A stretch of 64,000 bases of DNA from Fimbriimonadaceae bacterium (lineage in GTDB: Bacteria; Armatimonadota; Fimbriimonadia; Fimbriimonadales; Fimbriimonadaceae): contig JAHBTC010000001.1 in the NCBI GenBank assembly GCA_019638835.1, positions 6,260 through 70,259 on the forward strand, in the 5' to 3' direction. Made by a program: the position numbers and the translations under genes. Below are positions 63,960 through 64,000 of the stretch, piece after piece. Under the pieces are notes generated by a model, which was not told the DNA's origin, ran no database searches, and was given only the letters and a program-made list of their open reading frames with translations. Numbering within the stretch: the stretch's first letter is position 1; each line of letters opens with the position of its first letter.

Positions 63960-64000
63960 GTCGGTTACGAGATTGCGGAACGGTTGTCGGTCGTCGCCAG

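Overview
This 64-kb window reads as ordinary chromosome from a roughly 57-58% GC bacterium. The phylum cannot be established without a database search; PEP-CTERM proteins, a Bacteroidetes-style acyl-ornithine arginine operon and a secretin are compatible with an Armatimonadota-like or other deep-branching diderm. I support about 60 protein genes, 3 canonical tRNAs (Leu-CAA, Ala-UGC, Ile-GAU), several hairpin terminators and two coding tandem repeats. Product names come from motifs I recognise in the translations, not from searches.

Gene content in order: polA (partial, missing from the ORF track because it runs off the edge); pfkA plus a pfkB-family kinase; cinA; DAHP synthase; galM; a tightly coupled arginine operon argR-argG-X-argC-argF'-argB-argE-argH; a glycan-utilisation patch (APH-type kinase, GH32 interrupted by an in-frame TAG, GH78); fpg; ppc; an RRM/RGG protein; a desaturase; an imuB-dnaE2 mutagenesis cassette; two tandem PEP-CTERM paralogs; a metB/C-family enzyme; corA; a sulfatase; dprA; nagA; and a minus-strand operon IMPase-ruvX-mltG-(HAD::GtrA)-(aroE::sua5), followed by a fasciclin lipoprotein and a secretin. 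No CRISPR array, transposase, integrase or recognisable defence system was seen.

The main leads are:
1. A roughly 1.1-kb ORF-free region with genome-typical GC (about 46860-47990). It is packed with hand-verifiable helices capped by GNRA/UUCG loops on the + strand, contains a complete but non-canonical tRNA-like cloverleaf, and ends at a terminator-like hairpin. This is a candidate large structured ncRNA.
2. An uncharacterised P-loop gene (15140-16192) translationally coupled inside an arginine operon that has no argA/argJ or argD in this window.
3. An imuB/dnaE2 junction where a stretch that looks like the ImuB C-terminus is encoded in the dnaE2 frame.
4. A 2.2-kb low-GC two-gene islet (53551-55754).
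5. Two unusual gene fusions, AroE::Sua5 and YqeG-type HAD::GtrA.
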